Shown here: positions 1-12,274 of the stretch, in pieces
Position numbering within the stretch: position 1 is the stretch's first letter
Layout: every line of letters starts with the position of its first letter
From: Takakia lepidozioides
Taxonomy: Eukaryota; Plantae; Bryophyta
Length of the DNA: 64,000 bases
NCBI GenBank assembly: GCA_030704615.1
Contig: CM060732.1
Location: 56,110,001-56,174,000, forward strand
Direction of reading: 5' to 3'
Notes under the pieces: model-generated
Told to the model about the DNA's origin: nothing
The model's input: the letters and a program-made list of their open reading frames with translations, nothing else
Databases searched by the model: none
Program-made: the position numbers and the translations under genes

Positions 1-640
1 ACACAATTTCTCGCTGCAACCTTTGCTTTGCTTTCTTGGTCTGCAATAGTTTCAAGTCAATCTGGGCAAATTAATTTTCAATAGGCTTCATCCAGTGGTT
101 AAACAGGTCTCTGTCTTTAAACTGGTAGCAGGCCTCAATAGCTTTGGCCAGTTCTAATTGTCTGGCAATATCTACCACAATTTTAGCTTTCATCTTCCAG
201 GTGTAGTTTCACAACCTATAAATGGGGCTGTCTTTTGAGTGAAGGTAAACGCAGAAAAGACACCTATGGTTCGACCTTCTTTGGCTTGTTTAACTAAGCA
301 ATCACATACAGAACAGTCAGGGAGAGAAAAGAAAAGGGTTAACTTGTCTGGAAGCTACTCCAAATATCCATTTGCAGTTCTCACAATAAAAAAGTGTTTG
401 TGGGCACATCAGTTGGGGTCTTTGTCATCATTTGTAGGAACAAAGTATGGTCCACAATAATCTTAAGCTACTTGTTTCCAAGAAGTTATGGATGACAGTG
501 CTAGATTCCAATTTTGATGCAAAGTATTTCTGAAATATTTGGGCATGATCCAGGCACATGACAACCTCTAACCAATGTTATGCACTTTGGAACTATAATA
601 AGTGGAAGCAAATTAAATCCTAATAAAAGAGGCCACTAAC

Positions 641-1491
641 CAGATGATCACCCAATGACTGCCTGACAGACAACCGTCTGCCTTGTTCAAAATGCTCACT
701 CCATCTTCTGCTTGTTACCATCTGAGTAGCTGTTCTAACTTGCACTTGATGCTTAGTATTCTCATGATTTAGCTGCAACAATGTACAGGCATCAACAAAA
801 GTAAGCGATCGCTAAATTTAGTATAATCCAACGTACAAACTCTGGGCCAATTGGGGTCCCCTGTACTACGCATTTCGTCTCAATTCTCTAACTGTACAAT
901 TCAAAGCGTGTATACAAAGGAACAAGAGACCAGATGGGCAGAAGGAATAATCCCTCGCTCTTGCCTGCAATGGAACTACTAACACTACACTAATAACCAG
1001 CAACCACACAACCATGGCTGAGCAGCATTGTAAATACGTCAGATTTCAAACGTTGAATCAACAGAGGCCACATATCTTAGAAACCGATGAAGTCGATGCC
1101 CTAAAATTTCATTCTCCAAGAGCAAAAGGAGAGAGACAGAGACAGAGAGAGAAGAAGAAGAATAATAATAATGAAAAATTGTCAAACCGCGAAATAACAA
1201 TTATACTCGCAATGGAAATTAAAGCTTCTTGCATAATTCTGTCAAAATCACGTTCATGAACACTTCTTACATGCACGAAAGCCTAAAACCCAAAAACAGT
1301 GATCGACAGAAAGATCCCCACTACATCATCTCCACACGCGAAATCAAAGCCACAAGCTCTCAAAAAAAATCATGCACTGAATGACACTAGCACCCTGTAA
1401 TTCGGTCACTAAGAACATAAAAATCGTTCGCAGTTTGCACCTTACTCCGCAGGGGCAGCGAAAGCGGCGTTGCAGGCGCCCACATCGCCAT
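641..1491 (-). CDS. Putative 5' exons of a gene running off the left edge (unknown protein)
   Basis: Minus-strand TATA (GTATATAGG ~1523-1531) and ATG at 1491. Exon 1491-1441 (MAMWAPATPLSLPLRSK) ends AAG|GT. A candidate in-frame exon 772-641 follows a TGCAG acceptor. No recognisable domain, and downstream exons were not resolved. Confidence 0.3.
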
Positions 1492-1821
1492 AGCTGCGTG
1501 TGCCAGCCTCGCTACAGACTGCCCCTATATACGGCGCGTATCTCTGTCTGTATAATTAAAACTTGGCGGTTCTCCAAAACATCAAATTATCTCGTCATCC
1601 TTGGTATTTGATCCCGGGACCTATCCAGTATCCTTTCGTGCACTGTTGTACTGAGCAGCCATCTTTCCAATACTTCAGAGCCACAAAAACGCGTACAAGT
1701 AAACTATATATTATTCAACAAAGCGTGACACTTCAAATTTGAGGTGAATTCAGTTGATCGATGTTGACATTGCGGAGCCCTCCCCCTCTCAAAATATCTG
1801 TTATATTTTCCTTTCTTCGTA

Positions 1822-4139
1822 TCAATATATGAATTAAGATGATTTGTTTGTTTTGTTTTGTTTTGTCACGTTGAGATGTCCCTAACCGCAAGGCCCCAGC
1901 CCTGGTGCTTGGTACCGTTGGAAAGCCCTCGACGAGGAGGGGTGCACAGGCTTGGTATCATGATTTTTGGACATGCGGTGTGGGAGATGTCGAATTCCAA
2001 GTACTTTTGGTCGCTGGAAGCAAAAATGACAAAGTGGGCATTCCTAGGACAATGGTTGGAGCCTCGAGGGGAGAGATATCAAGGGAAAGGTCTCCGGTTC
2101 AAATCTGGTCGTAGGCTCTCTGGAAAAAAAAGAAAAAAATGATTAGATATGGGATTGCACTTGGACTTAGATGACATTGGACACTTGGGCGTGTACACGG
2201 GAGATGCACTTGGATACATGAATAGAAGATTGCACTTGGGCTTAGATTTCAATTCTTTACACATGGACCTTGACATAGGAGATGGTACTTGAATACATAG
2301 GAGATGGCACTTGGACTTAGATTTCAATTCTTAACACATGGGCCAATGGCGTAGGCTACCCTAGGCCTAGATCTCCCAAATAGGAGGGTCTCTAGATACA
2401 TAGGGGATTGCGCACTTGGGCTTAGATGACATTGGACTCTTGGGCCAACGGCACAGGCTACCCTAGGCCCCGGCTACCCTAGGCCCCGGCGTTTGGTAAT
2501 GTTGGAAAGCCCTTGAGGAGGAGGGGTGCACTAGCTTGGTCTCATGACTTTTGGACCTGCGGTGTGAGAGATACGGAATTCCAAGTACTTTTGGGTCGCT
2601 CAAAATTCACAAAAAATAGCAAAAATGGCTACAATGGGCAATCCTGGGATAATGGTTGGAGCCTCGACAGAAAGATATCAAGGGAAAGGTCTCCGGTTCA
2701 AATCTGGTCGTAAGCTCTGTGGGAAAAAAATGCATTTGGACTTAGATGACATTGGACCCTTGGGCCAACGACAAAGGCTACCGTAGAGGTCGCACTTGGG
2801 CCTCAACATAGGAGATTGTACTTGGGCTTAGATGATACTTGACACTTGACACTTGGGCCAACGGCACAGGCTACCCTAGAGGTCGCATTTGGGCTTCGAC
2901 ATAGGAGACATAGGAAATTGCACTTTGTCTTAGATTTTCAATTCTTCACACATGGGCCAAATGTACAGGCTATCCTAGAGGTCGCTTGGGCCTCGACATA
3001 GGAGACGCACTGGGATAAATAGAAGATCTTACACTTGGATTTAGATGATACTTGACACTTGGGCCCACGGCACATGCTACCCTAGAGGTTGCATTTGGGC
3101 CTCGACACTTGGATATATAGAGGATTGCACTTGGACTTAGATGACATTGGACACTTGGGCCAACGGCAAAGACTACCCTAGAGGTTGCATTTGGGCCTCG
3201 ACATATGAGACACACTTTGATACATAGGGATTACATTTGGACTTAGATGACACTAGACACTTGGGCCAACGGTACAGGCTACCCTAGAGGTTGCATTTGG
3301 GCCTCGGTATAGGAGACCCACTTGGATACATATAGGATTGCACTTGGGCTTAGATGGCATTGGACACTGGAGGTCGCACTTGGGCCTCTACAGATAAGTA
3401 CTTAAATATGTCACGGACATAGCCCAGAGGAACTTACCAGGAGTAAATACCAGAAGTTACCATGTTATCGGAAATTATCATGATTTATCATAATTTACCA
3501 TGATTTATCATTATTTACCAAATTACCGGGAGTTTACCAAATTACCAAGAGTAACTTGGAAACTGCTCAGGAAGCTTCATTTGAAAGAAACTTCTCCATC
3601 AAGATACCTCTTTTGTTTAAGGAAGTTTCTCCATCAAGAAACCTCCATAGGGGAAAGCTTCTTAAGGAACTTCTTAGTAGCCAATATATATAGGAGGCGA
3701 GACTGGACACTCTTCAGTCTCGCCAACACAAGTTCAAGCTACTCTTGTTCCCAGTCCCAGTACTCCAATCCAGCTTCCAGTACTCTAGTCCAGTTTCCAG
3801 TATCTGGTACGCCAGTCCAGTTTCCAGCATTCCAGTATTCGAGTCGAGTCCCAGTATTTTGTACTCTTGTCCATTGTTATAAAGATCATCTTGATTCATG
3901 TTTACCCACCATGCATTCGATCACGCCGACCTTGATTTCTTGTCTAGTCTTGTACCTCTAATCTGATCTCTTGGTTGTGTTCAGTCATGTTCTCGTCCTT
4001 GACAAAATACATAAGATATTGCAAATGGGCTTAGATTTCAATTCTTCACACATCGGCCTCAATATAGAAGACGCACTTGGATACATAGGGATTGCACTTG
4101 CACACTGGACACTTGGGCCAATGGCACAAGCTACCCTAG
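1822..4139 (+). mobile_element. Non-autonomous Helitron-like element, copy 1, with internal tandem sub-repeats
   Basis: Starts A|TCAATATATGAA and ends CTACCCTAG. An imperfect hairpin CTTGGGCC-AAY-GGCACA(A/G)G lies just upstream of the end. No TSD. The GGCTACCCTAG unit is repeated many times inside. Interrupted by a solo LTR at 3409-4004. Confidence 0.75.
3409..4004 (+). mobile_element. Solo LTR of the chromovirus family found at 22139-29237
   Basis: TGTCA...TGACA ends, 5-bp TSD AAATA (3404-3408 and 4005-4009). Reverse-complement match to the LTRs at 22139-22686 and 28661-29237. Confidence 0.92.
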
Positions 4140-5213
4140 TCAATTTATGAAGCGAGACGTTTGTTTGTTTGTTTTGTTTTGTTTTGTCATGTTGAAATGT
4201 CCCAAACCGCAAGGCCCTAGCCCTGGTGCTTGGTACCGTTGGAAAGCCCTCGATGAGGAGGGGAGCACGGGCTTGGTCTCACGATTTTTGGACCTGCAGT
4301 GTGGGAGATACGGAATTCCAAGTACCTTTAGTCGCTAGAAATTCACAAAAAATAGCAAAAATGGCAAAGTGGGCATTCCTGGGACCATGGTTGGAGCCTC
4401 GACGAGAAAGATATGAAAGAAAATATCTCCTGTTCAAATCTGGTCGTAGGCTCTCTGAAAAAAAAGAAATTATTAGATATGGGATTGCACTTGGACACTT
4501 GGGCCTATACCTGGGAGATGCACTTGGATACATGAGTAGGCTTAGATTTCAATTCTTCACACATAGGCCAACGGCATATGCTACACTAGAGGTCGCACTT
4601 GGTCCTCGACATAGGAGACCCACTTGGATACATAAGAAATTTGGTCTTAGATTTCAATTCTTCGCACATGGGCCTTGACATAGGAGACGCTACTTGAATA
4701 CATAGGGGATTGCACTTGGACTTAGATTTCAATTCTTAACACATGGGCCAATGGCGCAGGCTACCCTAGGCCTAGATCTCTCAAACATGAGGGTCTCTAG
4801 ATACATAGGGGATACATAGGGTACAATCTATCCTAGAGGTTGCACTTGGGCCTCGACATAAGAGACGCACTAGAAGATCTTACACTTGGACTTATATAAC
4901 ACTTAACACTTGGGCCCGCGGCACATGCTACCCTAGAGGTCGCATTTGGGGTCGCTGGAAATTCTCGAAAAATAGCAAAGTGGGAATTCCTGGACAATGG
5001 TTCGAGCCTCGAGAGGGGAGATATCAAGGGAAAGGTCTCCGGTTCAAATCTGGTCGTAGGCTCTGTGGAAAAAAAATGCATTTGGACTTAGATGACATTG
5101 GACCTAGAGGTCGCACTTGGGCCTCGACATAGGAGACGCACTTGCATACATAGGAGATTGCACTTGGGCTTAGATGACACTTACACTTGGGCCAAGGGCA
5201 CAGGCTACCCTAG
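4140..5213 (+). mobile_element. Non-autonomous Helitron-like element, copy 2, head-to-tail with copy 1
   Basis: Starts TCAATTTATGAA directly after the CTAG of copy 1 and ends GGCTACCCTAG|T at 5213. Confidence 0.75.
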
Positions 5214-5556
5214 TTATACGTTATATACAGAGCGGTATTAAATATAGAAAAATATGTATTAGGGTTTCTTGGAATAGGGATCGCACAACTTTGTTTAGTG
5301 AGGTTTTGAAGTAAGCTCCTTCCATTAGGTCTTTTGCGAGGAATTTAGGGCTTGAGTGTGGAATTAAAATTGTTCACATTCCTGGGATCATTCATGGGAC
5401 TGTGCGAGCAGCATCTGTGAATGATTTGGAAACTTAAGAATCGGCTGCATCTGTTGTGTTTTTCGGAATCTGGAGGCAGAAGAGGCACGTTGGGTCGAGT
5501 GAAGCATGTGAACCGGGTGTGAAGGATCTCCAGGATCTGAGGTGAGAGATTGTACC

Positions 5557-8500
5557 ATGGAGGCTGCGGGTAATTGTGCAGAGGATACCGGAGCCGGTGC
5601 TGAGCAGCTTGATGTGGAGAGTTATGCCAGTATCTATACTGGGCACACCAAAATTACACGGTTGCACTTCATAGCTGATCACTGCAACTCGAGAACATTG
5701 GAGCTTGAGGCGCTTCGCATGGCGTTTGATGAAATAAAGAAGGGCGATAACACGGGGTTGTTCAAAGACTGCGTTGAAAAGATTAATGGTCGCCTTCGGA
5801 CTGCGTATACAATGGACCAGGAATGGATCGATATGGTGGACCGCCGTGCTGTTCAGCGGCAAGAGAAGCTTGAGATGGAGCTCAATGGATACAAGGTCAG
5901 CCATCTTCCTCTGTTCTCTAAATTCTAGAGAAAACCTAACCAGTCCATTCAGTTGTTTGTGTTATTGAAGGCTCGCGGGGACTTAATCTTTGGGCTATTT
6001 TCAAGCATGACGATCCAGGAAGTTGGATTTCTCAGTACCTTTTTGTCAACATAGTGGAATATTTCGATTGCCCATGTGACATGGACTAGTAAGAATCAAC
6101 CTATTCAGCCTCTACAGTGCTGCATCAACAGTTTCTCGAGATACTATGCACCACAATTAGTTCATCATATGGATTCAATGAACCTGCCCTTCTTTTGAAA
6201 CGGACTGTAGCTGTGAGGTCAACATAATCCAGGCCAATACTGACTAAGCAAATAACCGAGTGTCACTGAACAAAATCACGTATGTGCTGGCAAGAATGCC
6301 AGACATGTGTTACAAGGTAGGAGAATGCAAGTATGAAGATCTCTGGTTGAATTGCGACCAAAACAATGTTATACTAGTGAGAGGACAGCCAGAGGAAGAA
6401 GGTGAATGGAGCACAACACCAAACAACTAAATAGGTAGACAAGGGGGTAGTTAATTTGTGAATCTAGACTATGAGCATGAGTTGAATTCTAGCAACTGAT
6501 CGTAACAGCGTGGGATGATGGTCAGACAAATTTGATAAAGGAGAGCATACGGATGGGCTACAACGACCTTGGGGATTTTCATTACGCCCGGGGTGATCTG
6601 CAGCAAGCCTTCAAGTGCTATGTTCGCACACGGGACTACTGTACAACATCCAAACATATAATTGCCATGTGCCTAAATGTGATTCTGGTTAGCATTGAGC
6701 TTGGCCACTTTGTCCATGTTACAAACTATGTGTCCAAGGCTGACCAAACCCCTGATGTGAATGACCCTGTTGTGCTGGCAAAGCTTAAATGTGCAGCCGG
6801 CCTGGCTCATCTTGAGAGCAAGAAGTATAAGTTGGCTGCTCGCAAGGTTTCATCTCACTTCTCTCTTTCCCTCTGGCACCTTCTATTCCCTTTTGTCTCA
6901 TCTGGTGGGTGATGTAATTGTCATGTTTCCCCTGACCAGGCTTCTTTGTTTGGATTAGCCCCAATTGACCCTCTATGCATCAAAGTTCTTAGGTCAAGTG
7001 GGTATGGATCCTTTGGGTTCATGTATTTGTGTTCTATGGCAAGCAGTCTTGTGTGGACCTCTCTATCTTTTGCATTACAACCTTGTGCTACTTGCACTTA
7101 CCATTCTCGAAGTAGGGTCCCATTTGCATATGTGGATAATCTTACATTCATTCAGTCATACTTGTGCAGCCTTGGACAGTTAAGTTCCTCCTTTTGCCTC
7201 TCTTGTTGTTTTTCTGTTTCAGGTTCTTCTCCTGTTCAGTCTTTGTGCTTACTTTGAAGTTTTTTCTTCAGGGTTCTTGTCTAGTGCTCCTTTTTACAGT
7301 GGTCTCCTGTGATTTCTGAAACGGTTTTTTTGCCTCTGAAAAGGTGACAGAAACTTAGTCTGCTTGAACCCACCATGGGGAGCTGATGAAGTCAGTGGGG
7401 GGTTTAGTGTTTGTGTGTTTCTCTGATTTTTCCGTCTTTGCAATGTTCTCATTCCCTTTCCCTTATTTGAGGATGAAGTGAGTCTGAAATCTACTGTGCA
7501 TTTACATGGACATATATATTCTGAACAGATGTTCACATGTGCAAGACAGACAAGGTGATTGACTGTGCTCAGCCTTTGGCTTTTTCTGCAGTTTGTGGAT
7601 ACAAACTTTGAACTCGGAAACAACTACACAGATGTCATTGGCCCACAAGACGTTGCAACGTATGGAGGCCTTTGTGCTCTTGCATCATTTGACAGGGCGG
7701 AGCTCAAGGTAGAAATCAGAACTACGGCTTTTCTTCAATCATTACTTTTTCTCCGGAGATCATGAGGAGCCCACAGAGAGGCATACTGGAAATTGAGAGT
7801 GAAGGACAGGTACAAACTTGGGTGATAAGAGGGTCCACGTTCATATAATTTTGAGTACCTGTATTGTGACCAAACCCCCTTTAGTACTTGGCTACTGCTG
7901 AAGTCTTGCACTGAAATATCTGTACCCTCAAAGACGGATGGTAGTAGTTGGGGGAACCAAAGAGTCTGACCACACAAAACAATGAACGGGCGTAACTAAA
8001 GTAAACCTTTCTGGTGTCATTGTTTGCAGAGTAAGGTTATTGATAACATAAACTTCCGCAACTTTCTGGAGCTGGTCCCTGAAGTTCGAGAGCTGATTCA
8101 TGACTTCTATGCCAGGTATTAATTTTATTCATCTTTTGGGCTGCTGGCTGGGCAATGGTGAGGTCTTTGAGGAGAAAACTGTTCTCATTCTCAATTGAGA
8201 AGTGGTGCACTGTTGATAGTGTAGGGAATGTTCCTTCACCCCTCTATTGAATTCTGGAGCCAATCCCTAGTTTTCATCCACACAAAATTATTGGCCTCAC
8301 ACTTGCTTCAGCTCAGCTACAAGCTTGATTGAGTGTTCAGCGAAGAGTGGCATTGATGAATACTAGAAGCATGAGGTGATTTCAGCTCATGGAGCCCTTC
8401 ACATAAAGCAAATGTGACCAATGTGGGTTGGTTTCACTCGTAGTGGCGATGCCAAATTTTGAGGGGTTTCAGTAAAAGGTGGTTGATAGCTGAATTTTTG

Positions 8501-9160
8501 CAACAAATTGAGACTATTGGGTGGTGTGGAGCAGCCGCTATGCGTCGTGCTTGGGCTATTTGCAGAAGCTGAAGCCCAACCTACTGCTTGACATCCACCT
8601 TTACGACCATGTGGAGACGTTGTATGAGCAGATCCGGCATAAGGCACTCATTCAGTACACGAACCCCTTCATTTCAGTAGATCTTAACACAATGGCCAGT
8701 GCATTCAAGACAAGTGTGGCAGGGCTGGAGAAAGAGCTTGCAGCTCTCATCATGGAGAACCAAATACAGGTATATGTCGTCTATCCCTTAAAAGCATGGT
8801 ATGGTCACCCAGATATTGTGAATGGCTGTGACTACACGCTGGGAGATCCATGGGGACTTTTAAGGGTATGCCATAGCCAATGTTCTCAGGGAACAGTCAA
8901 GGAGTACATCTCTTCATCTGTCTGTCCTCTCTTGCTCTCTTGCAATGGAATGTGATGAGTATTTGTGCTTTTGGTTGCAGGCTCGCATTGATTCACACAA
9001 CAAGATTCTGTACGCACGGCATGCAGATCAGCGCAATGCGACATTCCAGCGAGTTCTACAAACAGGGTCTGATTTCCAACGGGAGACAAGGGCCATGCTT
9101 TTGCGTTCTACTCTTATGCGTCACGATTTTGTCATGAAGGGTGGCCGCAAGCAACCCTGA
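5557..9160 (+). CDS. CSN1: COP9 signalosome complex subunit 1 (CSN1/FUS6), 425 aa
   Basis: Exons 5557-5895, 6526-6846, 7592-7708, 8030-8115, 8535-8769, 8981-9160. All introns GT-AG, 1278 nt in frame. Hallmark peptides: [42 protein letters not shown], and the PCI-domain end [15 protein letters not shown]. Confidence 0.96.
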
Positions 9161-10720
9161 AAAGAAACTCCTGGAGTTTCACAGGGGTATACTTTTTGGA
9201 CTTCAAGGGTTTAGCCAGCCCTTAGAAGACCATAGATGATGAAATCAATCTGAAGATAATCTCTCTTTTTGTCATCATTTGTCCATACCAAAAGATCCCA
9301 TGTTCAAAAGAGCCGTCATTCAATCTGACCCTCTTTCTTGCTCATAATCCTGTGGAGCAAGGAGTTACGGGGAGGGTGGGTGGGCTGATGGGATGGCAGG
9401 ATGAGATCTTAAAGGGGCATCTTCGTACACCAGTGTTTCTCAATTCACTTGATGATGATTATAACCACTGCCGCACGAGTCAGTCTTTGTTTTTTTCCTA
9501 GACATAGCTTCCTCCAAACATGGTTGTATGTTGCCAACCAGTCTCCTTTCACACGGCCCTTTCACCTGGATCACAGCAACAAAAACACCTTGGAACACAA
9601 CATTTGACACTATGGTTTATTAAATGGTGTAACCATATGACCTCTTTTGGTCCTCCCCCATCAATATCCATGAATGTGAAGTGACTGCATCATTCTTGCA
9701 GTCTCACTCCATAACATGGAACTGAAATGCCTTGTGGGCTCCATGAGAAGTGGCAAAGATGAGAGAGCAAGATGCAAGAAACTTGTGGACGCAGCAGGCA
9801 TTGGTGAGTAGATGTGGGTGCAGTAATAAGCAGATTTAGCTATGCCAGAATGCATTTGGTATTCCTCCCTGGGAGTCCTTCGAAGCCACTGAAAGACAGA
9901 TTAAGCAATCTGCCTCCTGCATTCGGGAAGTTTGGGGCTCAGCCGCCTGGCCCGAAGGATTGGGGGGGAAGGTTGTGGAGTGTTCTCGCCGCTACCTGGC
10001 GCAATCTGATTGGGGTTGAATTATCCCATATCGACTGCCCATATTCAGAACCCCGTGGAGGATATAAACCGGGGTGCGCTTCGAGCGAATCATGGGTGGG
10101 CTGATAGCTGATGACATGTACCTGGGTTCCTGGGTGCGTAAAAACTGCACTAGATTTTTCTTTGTACTTTTTAGGGCATTTTGAAGCACAACTCCCCAGG
10201 ATGCACAAGTGGCATGGAACCAGTCGTGCCATTGGGGGCGGGAGCATGGAATGGGTGGTTCCCAAATCTGGAACCTCGCTGCCAGAGGGAGATCAGTGGA
10301 ACGCAATCTTGTCCCTTGGATAACATATCAGCTAGGGTTGATCTGAAGCCAGCTTGTCAGAGGGTGGAACCAGGTGAGCAAATTCTTAGGCAGCGGAAAG
10401 TTCCTGCCCGTGGACTTCCTGCCGTTTGCGGGTATGCCCTCGGGCTCCCGCCCCTTGGGCCCACCCTTTAAACGGCGGAAAAGTCCTCGGACAGGAACTT
10501 TCCACTACAGGTGAAGGATTTTGGGGGAAGGTTCTCCCTCTTTTGAGGCAAATTAGGAAGCAGAAGATCGACGCTCCAGGGCGAGGGCGCTGGCGCATTC
10601 TGCGTTCCTAATCGGCTGTTTGACTCTCCTAATCGATAGTTTGACTTTTTATTGGCTCATTATGGCCTGCAGCCAATCAGGGCCTCGCAGAATCTGCCCC
10701 TGAAATTTCCTTACGTCAGG

Positions 10721-10831
10721 GAACGCGCCCCCTAGGGCTCATTATGGCACCTACTTCGTCCTAGGTCTCGGCCTACCGGCCTCGCCCTAGTGAGTCACTA
10801 GGAGCCATAATGAGCCCTAGGGGGCGCGTTC
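10721..10831. repeat. Long inverted repeat (hairpin) in a GC-rich unclassified repeat region
   Basis: GAACGCGCCCCCTAGGGCTCATTATGGC pairs perfectly (28 bp) with GCCATAATGAGCCCTAGGGGGCGCGTTC. Confidence 0.85.
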
Positions 10832-11139
10832 GCGTTCTCTAGTACATAATCGGCCATCCCAGAATCGGCACCACACCCTGGGTCTGGGTGGCCGATTCAG
10901 CCTGAGAATTAGTCTTAAAAAAGTGGCAGAATACCTACTGCACACCTGATTTTTACGGTGCCATTGCACACCGTAAAAACCTAGCTAGTGTAGTTTTGGT
11001 GCGCTTTTAATAGCATAAAACCCCGCTTGTCCTGTCAAGCCGTGGAGCCGATGGGCTGGGCCAATAATCTCAGATTAGGGGCAGGTAGGCAAGTAATTTT
11101 CTTTTCACACGGTCATAAATGCGGTTTTTACTTGAGCTA

Positions 11140-11231
11140 AAGTCCTGTAACTCGGGCTTTACGGTATTCAAGATTCCCACGCCCTGGGGCTGTGCAACCT
11201 TGAATCCCGTAAAGCCCTCATTGCAGGACTT
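11140..11231. repeat. Imperfect ~92-nt foldback
   Basis: Nested arms AAGTCCTGTAA/TTGCAGGACTT, GGGCTTTACGG/CCGTAAAGCCC and ATTCAAG/CTTGAAT. Confidence 0.75.
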
Positions 11232-11334
11232 CACCGAATACTTAATCAGCTGCACAAAGTCAAACAGCTGCTTATGCAAAAGCATAATGCGCAGCTTTGT
11301 ATGGCTGCTACGAAGTCAGACACGTACCCCCGAG

Positions 11335-11612
11335 CAGTGATTTTTTTCTTAAATTTGAAAAATAGCACGAGTGGCTACAAGAAATAGCTATATATTTTGT
11401 TCATCCATTAAAATGTTGGATAGAATCATCCTCTTATGTACTTTCATCCATTTATATCATCCACATTTGGCAAATTCATCCATTTTTTTCTTTTCCCTTG
11501 TAGAAGTTTGGCGATTTCATCCATGAAAAAACTGGGAATTTACAGCAGAATATTCCATTTTGATGTTTTGAGTTCGCCATTTGGCGATTTTTCGCCAAAA
11601 AAAAAAACACTG
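11335..11612. mobile_element. hAT-type MITE
   Basis: TIRs CAGTGATTTTTTT and AAAAAAAACACTG, with a perfect 8-bp TSD CCCCCGAG on both sides. Confidence 0.88.
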
Positions 11613-12274
11613 CCCCCGAGCCATCAAATTCTGCTTTTTAGTTTTCCTCAACAAAGGCCTCCAAGTTCCAACACACGCCAGCATTTAGTCTTGTAACACT
11701 AACGTGACAACCAAGTTGTAACCCAGTGGTAATGGACTAGGTAGCAGCCGAGACGGGCCTGCTACCTACCATAGTCGTCAAGGAAGGGCCGCGAGCAGCT
11801 GACTTTTCGAAACCTAAGTTAATCCTAGTGGTCCAATTTTACTCCAACCCTGCTACTAACCTACCATCTCGGAAGGGGTTGTGGGTTCAATACACCGCTT
11901 GGTGTCACAAAGGTGTCCAGTGTCCACCTTCCTGTACTGCCTTCTGGTCAAGAGACACCATAATTCCTCAGGGCCACTCTTGTACAGTCACCTCATTGGG
12001 GTGTGTTGAACGCTGTGTACCCGTCTTGCCGTGCTGCCTGCTCAGGTGCGTGGGGGGGACAGATTTTTGGTGTTCTTTTGTGGTGCGGAGAATCCATGGT
12101 TTGCTTCATTCCGTCGGACAAACTGGTGCGCACACATGAAAGTTGAACTGCATCCATCAAACAGTTGATACATTCAGCTGAGGTTTAGTCAAGACGTTGC
12201 TAGATTAAAGCAAAAGTTAGCGATTGGTAGATCCGGTTAGTTCATCAACTGAGGCCACAAAACTTCAAAGCGAG

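Noticed and set aside
2140-3400. Regularly spaced repeats resembling a CRISPR array
   Set aside because: The 'spacers' are themselves repeated, the context is eukaryotic, there are no cas genes, and Helitron sub-repeats explain the pattern.
3500-3961. 153-aa ORF (and its counterpart 28663..29058)
   Set aside because: Lies wholly within LTR sequence built from short repeats and has no domain.
4226-4678. 150-aa ORF and similar ORFs at 1858, 31033 and 57734
   Set aside because: Chance frames in non-autonomous Helitron copies, with no Rep or helicase motifs.
5434-5904. 156-aa minus-strand ORF
   Set aside because: Antisense shadow of CSN1 exon 1.
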